Below are positions 12,250-24,899 of a stretch of DNA of 64,000 nucleotides, piece after piece. The number at the start of each line of letters is the position of its first letter. Within the stretch, counting starts at the first letter, position 1. The notes below the pieces were generated by a model. That model did no database searches and was not told where the DNA came from. It worked only from the letters and a program-made list of their open reading frames with translations. A program made the translations under genes and the position numbers. Origin of the DNA: Botryllus schlosseri (Eukaryota); contig CM119371.1 of the NCBI GenBank assembly GCA_051294905.1, positions 13,084,001-13,148,000 of the forward strand, in the 5' to 3' direction.

Positions 12250-13921
12250 ATCTATAGCCTATAATAGTGGTCCGCGATCCACGAAGCATTATCAGCGGGT
12301 CCGGGGAGCCTCTAAATTTACAAAATGATTGATGACCGTATTTGTATTGTATTTTCAAAATACAGAAATTCCGAGGCAGTTTCGCTTCATTGCTGCTACA
12401 ATTTCATGACTCACATCAACCGAATGACCGTTTGAGAGGAAAAATCCCACTTTTCATGGTCATTTTACTTGCCAAATTGGCTATAGCCCACTAATACAAA
12501 TATTTGCTGATTGGAGATGTTTTGTTTGGCTTTGTGGAACAAATAAAAAAGTCGGAATAGTAAGGTCAATCAGGGTGATACAAATGCTTTCCGAAATTCA
12601 TTTTCCTGTGATATATATAAATCTTTACTCTAGTCTAGAATAAATTCGAGATGAGCTGCTAGATAGAAGTGACTATTGGATAGACGTCATATTTTTAACA
12701 AAAATTATGTGTCTCAAATTCGGCGGCATGTATGTTGCGATCAAACTCAAAGGGATCGTCGGAAGCGTTGCCCATTATTATACTATTCGCCATCACTTAT
12801 TTTTGTGGAATTAAATTTTCTGCACTCGTTCATATCTAATCGAAGACACGAATTTCCAAGACACGGTAACGAATTTCAAGAAATGCAGCTGAAGAATTTG
12901 CCACCGTCTACCCAATTTCCACATAAATAGCGCGAGGTGTTCGTCAAGAATATTCATTCCGTTGCTGTTTGTCACTAGCCTACAATTAATATTCGCAAAA
13001 CACAGATGACGGCTTCACTGTAATTGAGCTATTTTTGAAGTAAAACTTTGAACTCGGTATGCTGGGGTCTTTGACGGTTATCAAGAGTTCTGCGAGGACA
13101 AAAAAGGTTGAGAACCACTGGTCCAAAATTATTGTCACCATACAAATATGCTTATTTAGCATATCTGTCATGACTAGGGCGTTTTCCTTTGTTAAAATAC
13201 GTAAACATTTTGTCAAAGTTGTAGCGTTAGGTCAAAAAATTGTCAAAATTATTTAAAAAGTCAAATTTCTTTTGCAACTTGCATTTCCGTTGTATCGGTA
13301 ATGTTTGCACTGTCAGCGAACTTATCATTTGACATTTCACAGCTTGTAGCCAATTTTTAGGCCTACCGTTATAGACAGCCCCTTGTCTTCTCATATTGAA
13401 TCATGAACGGCCAATTGAAACAAATATAGACTGACATGGTGTTAAGCTGAACTGAATGAGGACTGTGTGGACATTGGTTCATTTATCAAGAAGCATTATA
13501 TACCGATATAAGCATTAGACATAGCCTACTTTGAATTTGGGCCTTGAGTTCGTGTCACAATCTGGTATCTTTATTACTTCTATAGAAGTGATGACGGTAC
13601 TATAATGCAATGCAACAACATTATGTCTTATAGTTTTTTTTCTGGCTGCTTATGCTTGGCCGTGAATAGTGTCAGATCGAATATATTCGGGTTAATATAA
13701 AATATGAATAGCGTATTTATTAATATAGTTACCAGAAAAGAAATAACCGTTCTACCAATCTGCAGTATACGTCTCACGGAGACAATGAAAAAGGCATCCA
13801 GTTTGTGCAACGTATTGTTTCTCATTTGTTAAGTATCATTCGAAATAATGATAACACTAGAATAGAAAGTTGGGGCAACGTTAATGGAAATAGAAATGAT
13901 CTTGGGATCAGATCTCCAAAC

Positions 13922-13928
13922 TATAAAA
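13922..13928 (+). promoter_or_regulatory. TATA box of the secreted-peptide gene
   Basis: cTATAAAAgg lies about 65 nt upstream of a canonical donor (AG|gtaagt at 13992/13993) that closes a short non-coding first exon. Confidence 0.65.
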
Positions 13929-14073
13929 GGCGTGGACGAAACCACACATCCACATCGAACATAATCATTCGTCGCATATTGACCGATACAAGGTAAGTAT
14001 ATAAATAAACGTCCTTGGTTTTATACATTGACGTTCTTTTGTTTTAAATTATCTCAATTGTTATTCAGCCAAC

Positions 14074-14388
14074 ATGCAGATAAAAACTGTCCTCATCAGT
14101 CTCGTAATCGTCGGACTTGCCATGGCGACAGACGCATTCCGTGTGCATCGACGCAGGCGCAATGTTGCTCGTACACGCTCCGAAGACCGTGATGTAACGA
14201 ACCGGGACATGCATGAATATACGACCCAGGTAAGATTCTGTTAATTTCTGTTGCAGTCTACCACACGATACTACATTCAAAAGAACCAGTAAAACAGCAA
14301 GCTTTCTTTCGTCAAGTACTTTAGCGAAATACTAACGTGTTTATTATTGCAGAACATGGGCTTCGACGAATCTTTCGACAGTGAGTAA
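14074..14388 (+). CDS. 63-aa secreted peptide precursor (signal peptide, Arg-rich segment, acidic tail); antimicrobial-peptide-precursor-like. Coding exons 14074-14229 and 14353-14388
   Basis: Acceptor ttattcag|14069, start context ccaacATG, donor CAG|gtaag (phase 0), acceptor ttattgcag|14353, TAA at 14386-88. Protein MQIKTVLISLVIVGLAMATDA-FRVHRRRRNVARTRSEDRDVTNRDMHEYTTQ|NMGFDESFDSE*. AATAAA at 14826. Confidence 0.85.
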
Positions 14389-15195
14389 TTTGCTTCGGGA
14401 TGGGCATGTTCAATCGTCCATGCAAGATTTCTTCGAAATATTCATACATCAGTCGCTCCACGTTACCCACATTAGGCGCTCACTCGGTCACCCATAGATA
14501 TATTTGCTTTTTAATGTTCATTGCTGAGTTCTGAGAGTAAAGCTAAATGCGTGGCGAATATGAGAGTTGGTGATCGTAAGGCTCACGTTCACGTTCTGTG
14601 TGTGAACCTCATAAAGGTAGAGGTTCACGTTCACAAACGAGCCTTTGTAGGTTCTACACCAGTGGCGGGCAACTTCTTCGGTCGGCGGGACGGATAAGAG
14701 AAAATGAAGTACTTGGCGAGCCGGATAGCACAAAGAGAGAGAGAGAGAGAGAGACACAGAGACACAGAGATTTCGTCAACCGATGACGCTACAATGAATA
14801 GGACACATATAAATATGTAGTATTTAATAAAAGAAATAACATTGGTTTAGCGGTATTGAGTATGGTACTGGCGATATTATCAGGACAATCGTCAAATCAG
14901 CCATAACCAGAACAGAATATACACATTATTAGCGTATTTATCCACCTATACATATATATAGCTTAAGCGTAAGCTTATATTCCCTTGCCAATCCCCGTCG
15001 AAATTGTTGGCAAAGCGACGGAATATATTGATTTTATGAGATTATTATATCATTTGATTGCACCGTAGTTTATACATTATGTGACGTTTAAAAAGTCAGT
15101 ATGTACTTCAGCATTGTGGCCCGAGTCGTCGCTAAGTATCGTGTAGGTACAATAATATATCACTTCACTGAAATGTAGGGTTGGCATAAAGGGAA

Positions 15196-15380
15196 GCGAG
15201 TGGCGCAGTTGGTTAAACGCCAGCGTCAAGTCACCAATGGTAGTGGTTCGAATCCCGGTTCGAATTCGGGTTCGGACAAACTTCTATGTGTCGGAGGTCT
15301 CTCTGGGCTCCTCGTCGCCGACCTACCCAAGATAGCGTAATGGTGGAGAATGCCCGGCTTCTTGATCGGTATGTAGTGGA
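15196..15380 (+). mobile_element. tRNA-derived SINE
   Basis: Pol III A box TGGCGCAGTTGG (15201-12) and B box GGTTCGAATCC (15245-55), followed by a body (tgt-ggaggt...ctcctcg-cgcc) shared with 42679-42960; no clean cloverleaf. Confidence 0.7.
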
Positions 15381-17192
15381 TTCAATCTTGGTCGGGTCAC
15401 ATCAAAGTCTTGGAAAGTAACACTGATATTCATGGTATCCCTGCTTACGCTCAGCATACACGGAACAGTATAGAGAAGTGGTGCGAGACGTAGAAAGCGC
15501 CTTACAAATCCATTTCTGCACATCTATTGTTCAGCGCAGGGGCCAGCCTTTTCCGGTCACGGGCCACCTGAGATTAACGACGTATTATATGGGTCACTTG
15601 AATGTTGATAGGCTCTCAGTCCTCCCATAGCAGCAAACCGGATTACGTTACGGTAAAAAAGATACTCATATTACTACGCATCAAAATCGATAACAATCAT
15701 GGTAAGCTAGGGAAGCGCGAGATTAGTTCTATGGTAATGAATGAATTCGGTCAATAATAATGTCAATTGCATACATTGCGGGTCGCCTCTGTACACTGCT
15801 GGGCTCATTTGGCATGGACTACATTATTCGCCGCTCGAACATATTAATATCGAAGATTTCGGTGAACTGAACATGCGTATATCATTTTATGGAAATGTTT
15901 CATCGCCGAAGATCTTCCTCTGAGTGAAGAAGCAGAGTCGCTTTTTGAACGGCACGTTATCTCCTCTGATAATTGCGAATATATTTCGTCTCATATCAGG
16001 ATTTCTAATTTTTAATATTCTTGAAGGAATAGCAATAACCTATACACCGAGCATTTGAGTGACAATAAATCGCGTTAAGTCCTAAGAATACTATGAAGTA
16101 AAATATTACTTCCACGAAATATTCTACCACATGGTCATACACAAACCTCTACGAAAAATGCGGCTTGTTCCTGGCAACACAAATGCGTTGGATTCAGAAT
16201 TGATATTTTAGTCATCAACATCCCAAATTTCGCATCAGGCTTATCAAACTTTGGTTGGCCTTGTAAGTTCACAATTAATTGTCAGGATTATTCAATTTCT
16301 GATGTTTTAAGTAATTTATAGAATTACCTCGCGGGCAAATCAAAACCTTCATGCGGCCCACATTTATCCCGTGCGCCACTGGTTGGCCTCCCCTGGCCCA
16401 GCGACGTGTGCACGTTATGAACTTATAGCATGCATATGTATATATCGTGTATATGTCTGTCATGAGTCGGTGGAACTGCCTCAAACCCATCGACGACAAA
16501 AATAAACAACGTCCTCCTGTTGCTCATTGGTCGCTATGTCGGTAGTTAGAGTAATGGCAGATTCCTACCTTCGAAGAAAGAGGTGTCGATCCATGGCATG
16601 TTCCGGAATATCGAAGTGTGGGATATTTTCATTTCGGCCAATTTTCCCCACCGCCTTTACAGATCCCTAATTCAGTAACGAATGCTAAGGGCAAGGACAA
16701 AGCACTCGAAAACAGCTTAGATCTAGATAGCACACTGGCACACCGGTCATCGGACCGATGTGGATGTTGGTGGATACGAGACCGCCCTTGGTCGATTTAG
16801 CATCCATCGGTCTTGTGTCATCACCTTGTCTTGAGAGGATCAAAATAATAGAACCAACAATCATACTACAGCATCCGGAATACTACTCAGAATTAAGCGT
16901 TTGTTTGGTGTGGACGGCAACCAACTTTATTTATTTTTTCCACGGTATTCCTAAATAGTTCAATCGGCATCCCGGTTGAGAACTAATGGTAAAAGGTACG
17001 TGCGCAATATCAATTAACAGCATTCAAATGGAACGCGCAAAGTTAACAGGGTATACCTGTGGATAATAATACCAGCTGATATATGAATATATATATGGTA
17101 AATTGATGTTAGCGGGGCTGATAATGAATATGCAACGAAACAATTTTTCGTAGTAATTCGCGGACGGTATGTTAAATGGGGAGCGATCAATC

Positions 17193-17344
17193 ATCAGCCT
17201 CGAAATTTGCATCGTAATCGTGTTTTGCATTGTGACGCCACAATTCTGTCTAGCAAAACGAGAGTGAAGCTAAGAAGAAAGAGACTGACAGCGCTGTTGC
17301 GTCACAATGCCAATATCGATCACAATGCAAATTTCGAGGCTGAT
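17193..17344. mobile_element. 152-bp hairpin/mini-MITE
   Basis: atcagcctcgaaatttgcat...gcattgtgacgc pairs with gcgtcacaatgc...atgcaaatttcgaggctgat (about 46-bp imperfect arms). Confidence 0.65.
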
Positions 17345-17893
17345 TTTGGGAGTTCCAGGACCATGAGGAAAATAAAGTTTATATTTTCGTAATCAGTACA
17401 GCAGCAGCTTTCCATCGATACCCGTTTTATCGAATTTTGCTTCCGGCTGGCCGGTCAAGATTGGCCGTAAAGTTGCCTTTGGTCAAATGATAGTATGATG
17501 TAACCCAAATGCAGTAAGCCGATCAGTCTCGCTGTGTCCACACCATATAGGATATTATGGTGTCGCTGAAGCTCATCTGTATGTCTTGAATATAAATGAA
17601 GTTATGACGACGAATCTCTTTTCTACCAAATACACATTGCTCTTACGTGCCTCCGACGTACGGATCGATGCGCATATACGTTCCTTCGTACTGCATTAGT
17701 ACTTATTTCAGCCGGTCAAACATATTTGGAATAAAATGTTGTGCGATATCTTTCTAAGGTAGGGTATGTTTTCGTGTGTACCCCCTCTTCGGTGTGAATA
17801 TACATTCTTTTTTCGCTAAGAGTGTCTTCTGGCATGTAGTTCAGTATATATATAAACCAACGGGTAAATATTGAAAGAGGAATACGTGTTCAG

Positions 17894-18004
17894 ATTCAAC
17901 ATCCTTAAATACATCAAGAAGTGAAGAAATATCAACAGCAGCGCCAATGCTACCATCGAATTATTCTTGGATTACCTCACCAGGATACCATCATCACATC
18001 AAAA
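17894..18004 (+). CDS. Putative ectodomain exon of receptor paralog A with a CUB-like ITSPGY motif
   Basis: gttcag|...aaaa|gtaagg, 111 nt, phase 1-1: DSTSLNTSRSEEISTAAPMLPSNYSWITSPGYHHHIK. The next acceptor (18090) hits a stop at once, so downstream exons look decayed; linkage to the TM exon is inferred. Confidence 0.4.
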
Positions 18005-20800
18005 GTAAGGGGTTATTCGTAGTATGTGAGGAGACGTAGTATCGCTTGATTTTTGACAAGATTAACAATTTCTTATATCCTGATTTCAGATCTGTAACGT
18101 AGTCTCATAGCCCAAGCTCGAGATCTTTGAGTCTGAACCAGACGCCAATATTCGGGATATATTTCAGTTAAAATTCGATTCTGAACTAGTACTCGATTCC
18201 CACATACAGATCATAATCTATACACATCGATGGAAACGCATCATCAATTTGAACCTAATGTCTCAGTTATACTGTTGAAATTATAATTGTTAAAACGTAA
18301 AACAATCAAGTAATAAAAATGCATCCTTGAAGATTATAAGAAGATTACTTGGATTTCATCGGATGTGGGAATCTGTTCAATAGTCCTAACGGTTACTGGA
18401 GATTAGCTGGTTTGTCCTGACTCATTTTCCAATCATTCACCTAAAATTGTACTTTCCATGTTCATGTACTATAATCACAGGTATCTGCAAATAAAGTAAA
18501 ATGATATGTAGGAGTACCATTATGTTACCGGTTGGTCTGGTCACATGACCAGACCAGTTACTCTAACATCCCGCCGTTACTAATTGTATGATTCAATAGC
18601 CAACTAGGTGAGCAATTATAAGGTGTATAAGAACCAGTCGATAAGCTGCACCTCGACTGCGCTGTGCGTACGGTCTGAGATTACTCACAATTGAACATCA
18701 TGTTCATCTTATTTTTAATTTTTTTCCGTATTTTCAATTTTTCTTGAACGCTCATCTCGTTCTCAAAATCGATCAGGTAACCGCCGCCATCTCTAAAAGA
18801 ATCTGTTGGTGAAATTCCTTGCATGCCGCGACAATTATTAGCAGAGGTGGTCAAAGAAGTCAGCATTGCTACTCAAGTAGAAGTTGAATTACCATCGAAA
18901 ATTTCTTCTCAATTTCATGTAGAAATATCAATTTCATTTACATGCAAAATCTACTTCGCATGGAAGTAGTAAATGATAGGTAGGAAATGTAGTCGAGCAA
19001 GTCGATTCCAAAAGTAAATTTGGTCACACTTAGCCGGATGTGACTATTTTCTTTAATTGAATGATGCATCTTGGGTAACCAGCAAGACCAAACTGCTATA
19101 ATAACATTACAAATGGCACAATATCCGCAACTGTATTGATTTATCGTGATTCCGAGGCTATCTCGCAAAACTAATTTCCCCTTTCAGTAAAAATAAAAAG
19201 CATATCTGCTTCCTCACTGAGCACCTCCGACTATGACTAATAATTTATTGAAAATTGGATATATAATGTTTTCAGTATAGGTCATTAGATCGGCGACTAA
19301 TCGGATCCTTTCCTTGATTTAATATTGCCTGAAAATTTAGAGTACCTCACAGAGCGAAGCATATCGAAGTCCCTCAACTGTATACGTTGAAACAGGGGTC
19401 ACCAACCTTTTTGAAACCAATGGCTACTTCTTGGGTACTGATTAATACGACGGGCTACCAGTTACTCTCGTTGTTCATCCGTGCGCAGTTAGATATTTTA
19501 ACTTGTAGACATTCAAAGCACTGGGCAGGGTTTCCGCCCCTTTCCAAGAACATATAACTCTCACTTAACGAGACGTTGAGTTGCCGCCAATCTCCCTGTC
19601 AAGACACGGTAATATTAAATGGATTCCAGGTATGTCTCTGCGTTGGCGCAGATGAGCAACACCACGATAGAAAACTGCGTTCATATTAGTGATGAGTGGA
19701 TGTTGATTTTTGAGAATCAGAACCCGTCCGACAGGTTGCATGTCTGTAAAACTATCCGTCCGACTCCAACGAATCTCATCCAAATATCCGACTATCCGAA
19801 AATGTCGTCTGAGAGTTGTCAAAATCCGTAGAAAATAACGTTATCACAGAATATCAATTATAAAACTGAACTGAGATACTTTTCTGCACTAGAAGATCAC
19901 TAATTGGAATAATAAAAAAAGCGTTGTTGGACTTTTTAATATTGGAAGATTAACGCAAGGAACGTTACTACTTTGAAGTAAGTGTGCGAATGAAACTTGC
20001 ATCTCGGATCGAAAGCAAGGAAAAAGGGCGGATTATGAGGCAATGAACATATAAAACAACCAAACATTGATCCATATTACTCACTTAATATCAAAATTAA
20101 TACAAACCAATTGTTACCATGGAATTTTGACAATTATAAGAGGGTCAACATTCGATTTACACAATCCGCATTTTGCCCAGAACTGTTGGAAGGCGGGAAA
20201 GCTTGTTCAATTGCAACTTGCTAAATGTGATGTTTATATTAAGTTTCATAATTCAGATCAACTTTCGGGGCACAATGCTTATATTCGACAAACAAATAAT
20301 GTCCATATTCATATTGCTGTACCACAAAAGTGCAGTAGTCTAAATTTCCTCCCCAGTAGCAGCAGAAAAGTAATTGCATCGCTGACTTGTTTATTGGGAG
20401 AGATGAAACTAATTTTCAACTGTGCAGTGTCCTTGACCTTTCGGATGTGGTTTCTAAGGTGTCTTGGGCCACTTGAAAACTTGCGTTGTTTCAATTTTGG
20501 CTGCTTCGTAAAGCACTGCTTCTAGTCGCTTTCGAGGTAAATTCTGCGGCACCACTCTTATTTCTACCTGAGTAGCTTCTCGACTACTTTAATTTACCAG
20601 GATAGCATGGTGGGGTTCCGCATGACTTAGAAATCCTTACTCGGCTATTTCTGCACCTTCATTGTCCAGCCGCATATGCTCATCATGCACTCATGGTATG
20701 CACATGCACATGCACGGATCGTCGGTACGTCATATTTTTAGTAGGTGTATATGCCGCGGAAACATTAGTGACAAAATAAACAGCGTCCTATGTCCTAAGT

Positions 20801-21457
20801 CAGGGGCCACCAACATGTGTTTCGCGCGCCGCATGCGGTCCACGACATGATTTGAGATTTCTGTAGAATGCTTAGAAAAGCATTTTGAAATGCTGAAATT
20901 GATTACAGTTTCAACATGTTGTTTTTGTTTCAAAATAAGCTATTCTGTTGTGCCCTACATCACTATTCCTCACTAACCGAAACGGCTTTAGCGATGGCAA
21001 CTATTGACAACGACATTCCATTGAAGGAAAATCAGCTGATATTAATGCCCTGCCTTGACCATCGCCATCGCCTTGACGTGCAATGGCCCAAACACTGATG
21101 CGTAGAAAACGGCTTATTTTAGGAGCTTTACGTTGAGTTGGTATTTCATCTAGTTACGTCTCTCGCTAGCCGCAATATTGATTCCATCTTCACGGGAAAG
21201 TTTTGCCAGATATCGTGCACAAATCATGATTTTTGTTGTATTTGTATTCCCTTGATGATCCCCTTTGTATTTCCTTATGTAGTAATAATATGCTCATCAC
21301 CTATGTAAGATAACACTGCGTTGTATCAACATAAAGCTTTAAATCGTGGTTGCTAAGCTGTGTAGCCTATTTTATATTGATATTGAATTTTTGCGGCCCG
21401 CGACCGCTACCAAATTTGAAAAGTGGACCGCGACCCTTTTTGAGTTCACGACCCCTG
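20801..21457. mobile_element. hAT (Buster-type) MITE
   Basis: cagggg...cccctg ends; perfect TSD TCCTAAGT at 20793-20800 and 21458-21465. Confidence 0.88.
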
Positions 21458-21500
21458 TCCTAAGTCTTATATCCTATTGAGCACCTCTTGCCAATAACAG

Positions 21501-21632
21501 AACTATCAAGCACTGCTTGATATATTCTCGCCATATATACTGACGCAGGTATAGAGTCTACCAAGTTAATCGTGACAGAAACAGACGGGAGGTATGTTCC
21601 GAACAGCGCAGCGGACACCGAGGCCTCATTTA
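21501..21632 (+). pseudogene. Ser/Thr-rich stalk exon of receptor paralog A with an in-frame TGA (21518-20)
   Basis: aacag|...ttta|gtgagt, 132 nt, phase 1-1, which fits the TM exon. Reads ELSSTA*YILAIYTDAGIESTKLIVTETDGRYVPNSAADTEASF. An internal AG at 21547-48 would skip the stop in frame. Confidence 0.55.
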
Positions 21633-21909
21633 GTGAGTATTCCATCAACGTGATGGCATCGTTGAGCTCGGTGGCATCAATTTCACATAAAATTCTAGAT
21701 ACTTTCAGGCAAACTCAAAGAGGGTTTCTAAAAATGGATACAAATAATTTGCTAAAGAACGCACCCCCAGTAGTCCCTAATCTAAAAACGTCCTAAAAAC
21801 GTGAATACGTCCTTTTCTTGACATCAAAACCGAAGGTAATCAATCATTCATGTTTGTGTATATGATTTTTCAATTCCGTAATCCCGCAAATATAACATTA
21901 AGTTATTAG

Positions 21910-22720
21910 TCTGGAGATTTTTTTGACATGTCAAAGAGTCAAAATTTTGTCAAAATTGTAGCGTTAGGTCAATAAATTGTCGGAATTGTTCACGAAGTAA
22001 TTATTTTTTGCAACCTGCATTTCGTTTGTATCGTAGATGTTGGCACTGTCGGTGAACATTTGACATTTTACAGCTTGTAACCTACTTTACAGGCCAACCG
22101 TTGTGAACGGCCCATTGTCTGCTCATTGTGAATCATAAACGGTCAAATGAAACAATTGTGGTTGACATGGTATTGTGCACAACGTACCTCAACATCCTAA
22201 TCCTAACTGTAGCATTGGTTCTTCTACCGAGAAGCGCATGATGAAAAATTCTGATATAGGGAACATTGTCAGAATGAAAAAACTTTGTGTCAACAGCAGT
22301 GTACGCATAACTTCAGTATTGCCAACCAACAACTGCCGCTGTTGAATGTTCTTTCTCCATTCTTGACAAGCTACTAGGTAAGGACAGACACTTTTTACCC
22401 GAGATTCAAGGAAACTATTGTTCGTTTTACTACAGCAAATCCTAATTATATCTACCACAATGCGTGACATAAATGCTGGAATTCTTCATAGGTCCAGATT
22501 TTGTTAAAATATAGCTTTTTCATGTAAAAATATGTTAGTTTTAAAGTGAAAAAGTTTTTTTCAGGCCACAGTATACTTCGCAAGGACAGACAGATCTAAC
22601 CAGAAATGAAGATGGGTAGTACAATTCTAAAATTATGTGCGAAAACACCTAATTTACATACACGAGGTCAAAATTTGTCAAAATGAAATTTTTCGAGGTC
22701 ACAAAATGTCAAAATTTTAA
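21910..22720 (+). mobile_element. Decayed second copy of the hAT-derived element at 980-1860 (intronic)
   Basis: Colinear similarity with 1030-1820, including the now frameshifted dimerization-domain remnant. Confidence 0.75.
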
Positions 22721-22854
22721 TATTTCAGTCCGCTTAACGCCTGTCTAAGTGTCTTTACTGGATGTGTTTTTATTCCGCTAATATGACTGCGTTGACAAAA
22801 ATAAAATTACATCGAGTTCGTTTTGATCGGCTATCGACACGAATTTTTATTCAG

Positions 22855-24153
22855 ATTCTGGATCAGCGCTACGTTACGAAGTCATAGTCGGTATTGTGGC
22901 ATGCGTACTCCTGGCGATTCTTGCATTGGTGGCTCTCATACTTTTGTACAGAAAGTAAGTGGACTCTTTTGTGAACTTTAGTATCAGCAATTTTCGACTT
23001 AGTGCATACGCATATCAGTTTTCCATGTCTCAGTAGCGTTATAAAATCTCAATAAAGTCTCAGTCACAAGAAGAGAACCATGATTTCTATCTGACCTGCA
23101 TTCAAAGTTTTACTGATCCCTTTCTCTCCATGCACACCCCCTGGATATAATGGTTGAATTATCACTGTAAACTGAAGGGAATCAGTCATTATTATCAGCC
23201 GCCATTATGATTTACATACAATAAGGTTATGTCCTAAATACTAGAAAGCATCACAGTTAAATTTTTCCTCAAATAATGACCTATACATTTTAAGGGGCGA
23301 TTATTCTAAAGAGCTGTACTAGATATAACACCTTGGCCAAAAATAGACCAAAGTTCAGACATGTAAATACAAAATGTTTGACAGGGGTAATAATTTTGCC
23401 ACATGCGATCAACTGCAAAACCTTCAATATCTGAGCTTCTATCGTTAAATTGCCGCGCCCAAAAATTATTGTTCAGATGTAAAAAGACTCAATTGTAATT
23501 ACAGACTAGTTTCCGTCGAAGTTTAGCACATTTTGGTTAGTTTCCATCAGCAGCTCCGTCAAATTAGATATTAGGGTTATTGCATTGTCATATCAAAAAG
23601 AAGACACAACATCACTGAAGTCTTCAAATCTCTATTCGGTACCCCCGCAAATAAAATATTTGTTTGCCATGTATATTCTCTGACTTCATAAACATTGATA
23701 TTAGATACCGTAAGTATCAGGAAAGTAGTAATGTCCTCTTACATTAGCGAACATGCGAAGTCTTTGGAATTATTGGCTGTTGCCCTCTTTCAAGTAGGAA
23801 TTATCAAGTGATTCATATCAAAATCAGAACGAATTAGTCATCGTGAGTTCACACGATCTTCAGTATAGTGGTCATAGGGTAATAACCTGTAAAATATTTT
23901 TAGAAGGGTCAAGAAGCAGGAAGTAATCGCGGAAAACAAGGAAAATGTTCTTTACGAAGTGGACGCATCGTTCGTAGTCACGAAGAATGATACGGCCTTG
24001 TTCAAAAATAACGGGACGTATGTCACCGATGATGACACTGCGAATCCCGTGAATCTGAGCTCCTGCGATCACACATTTTCGTCGGCAGAACAAACCGATG
24101 GCGGTACAGCCGCACATGTAATGAAAGAAAACATTATTTACGGGACTCGTTGA
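22855..24153 (+). CDS. Receptor paralog A: transmembrane exon 22855-22954 and cytoplasmic exon 23904-24153 with three NxxY motifs
   Basis: ttattcag|(N/D)SGSALRYEVIVGIVACVLLAILALVALILLYR-aa|gtaagt (phase 2) joins atttttag|a to give KRVKKQEVIAENKENVLYEVDASFVVTKNDTALFKNNGTYVTDDDTANPVNLSSCDHTFSSAEQTDGGTAAHVMKENIIYGTR*. AATAAA at 24525. Confidence 0.88.
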
Positions 24154-24899
24154 ATTGCATAATATAATTTCTATTCCTGTGTGATGTCAAGTTATACTCG
24201 GACGCCGTCTGTTAAAACATATCATCGGTCAGACAGCATACTGTTTCCAAAAAAGGTTGGTCAAATTTGAACACAAGGAGTATTTACACATATCGTCGAT
24301 ACATTCTCCTACTCCTACTATCTATGCAATTTTGAATTTGAGAATAGCGCCTCTAAAGGTTTCAGGAACGCCAGGAAAATTATGTAAAGACCTTTTGGTT
24401 TACCTGTGTTTTGTAGCTAGATATACAACCAGGGGGTATTTTTCCTGGAATTGTGGTGTAGTGGTAGGTTATAATTTGTTGTTAGTGTATCTGTTAACAT
24501 TTAATACTATGATGCAATCGAACGAATAAATTAATTACATACCCCTCAGCTACATGCAAAAAATAATATGCCGCCTCCAGACACACACACTGTTAATCGT
24601 ACACTCTAAATTCGAATGCGTGCGGAGGAACGCAAAATTACACGCCAAATCCGTTTTTTTTTAAACTACCACACAACGTGCTGGAGCCGATGTGTGTCTG
24701 GCTATCCTGTGTTTAGTGGTGGTGTGTTCATGCTGACTTGCGCAGAGCTCGAAATTAATACCAGCCATCCATGAATTTTTACTCAGCTTAGGCTCAAAAA
24801 AGATTTTATTGCAACGAAAGATGAATACAGAACATTCATTTGCAGACGAAAATGTGTGAATTTCTAGCTTGCACAATTGAAAAATTTAAGCTTTTCCAA

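Noticed and set aside
15196..15256. Functional tRNA gene (also 42679-42745)
   Set aside because: A and B boxes are present but there is no convincing acceptor or anticodon stem, and a shared non-tRNA body follows; called SINE instead.
19509..19831. Possible C-type lectin exon of paralog A (HWAGF, KWIPG, ENCVHISDEW..HVCK)
   Set aside because: The motifs fall in three different frames and the region adjoins a hAT MITE end (19393); too weak to call without an HMM.
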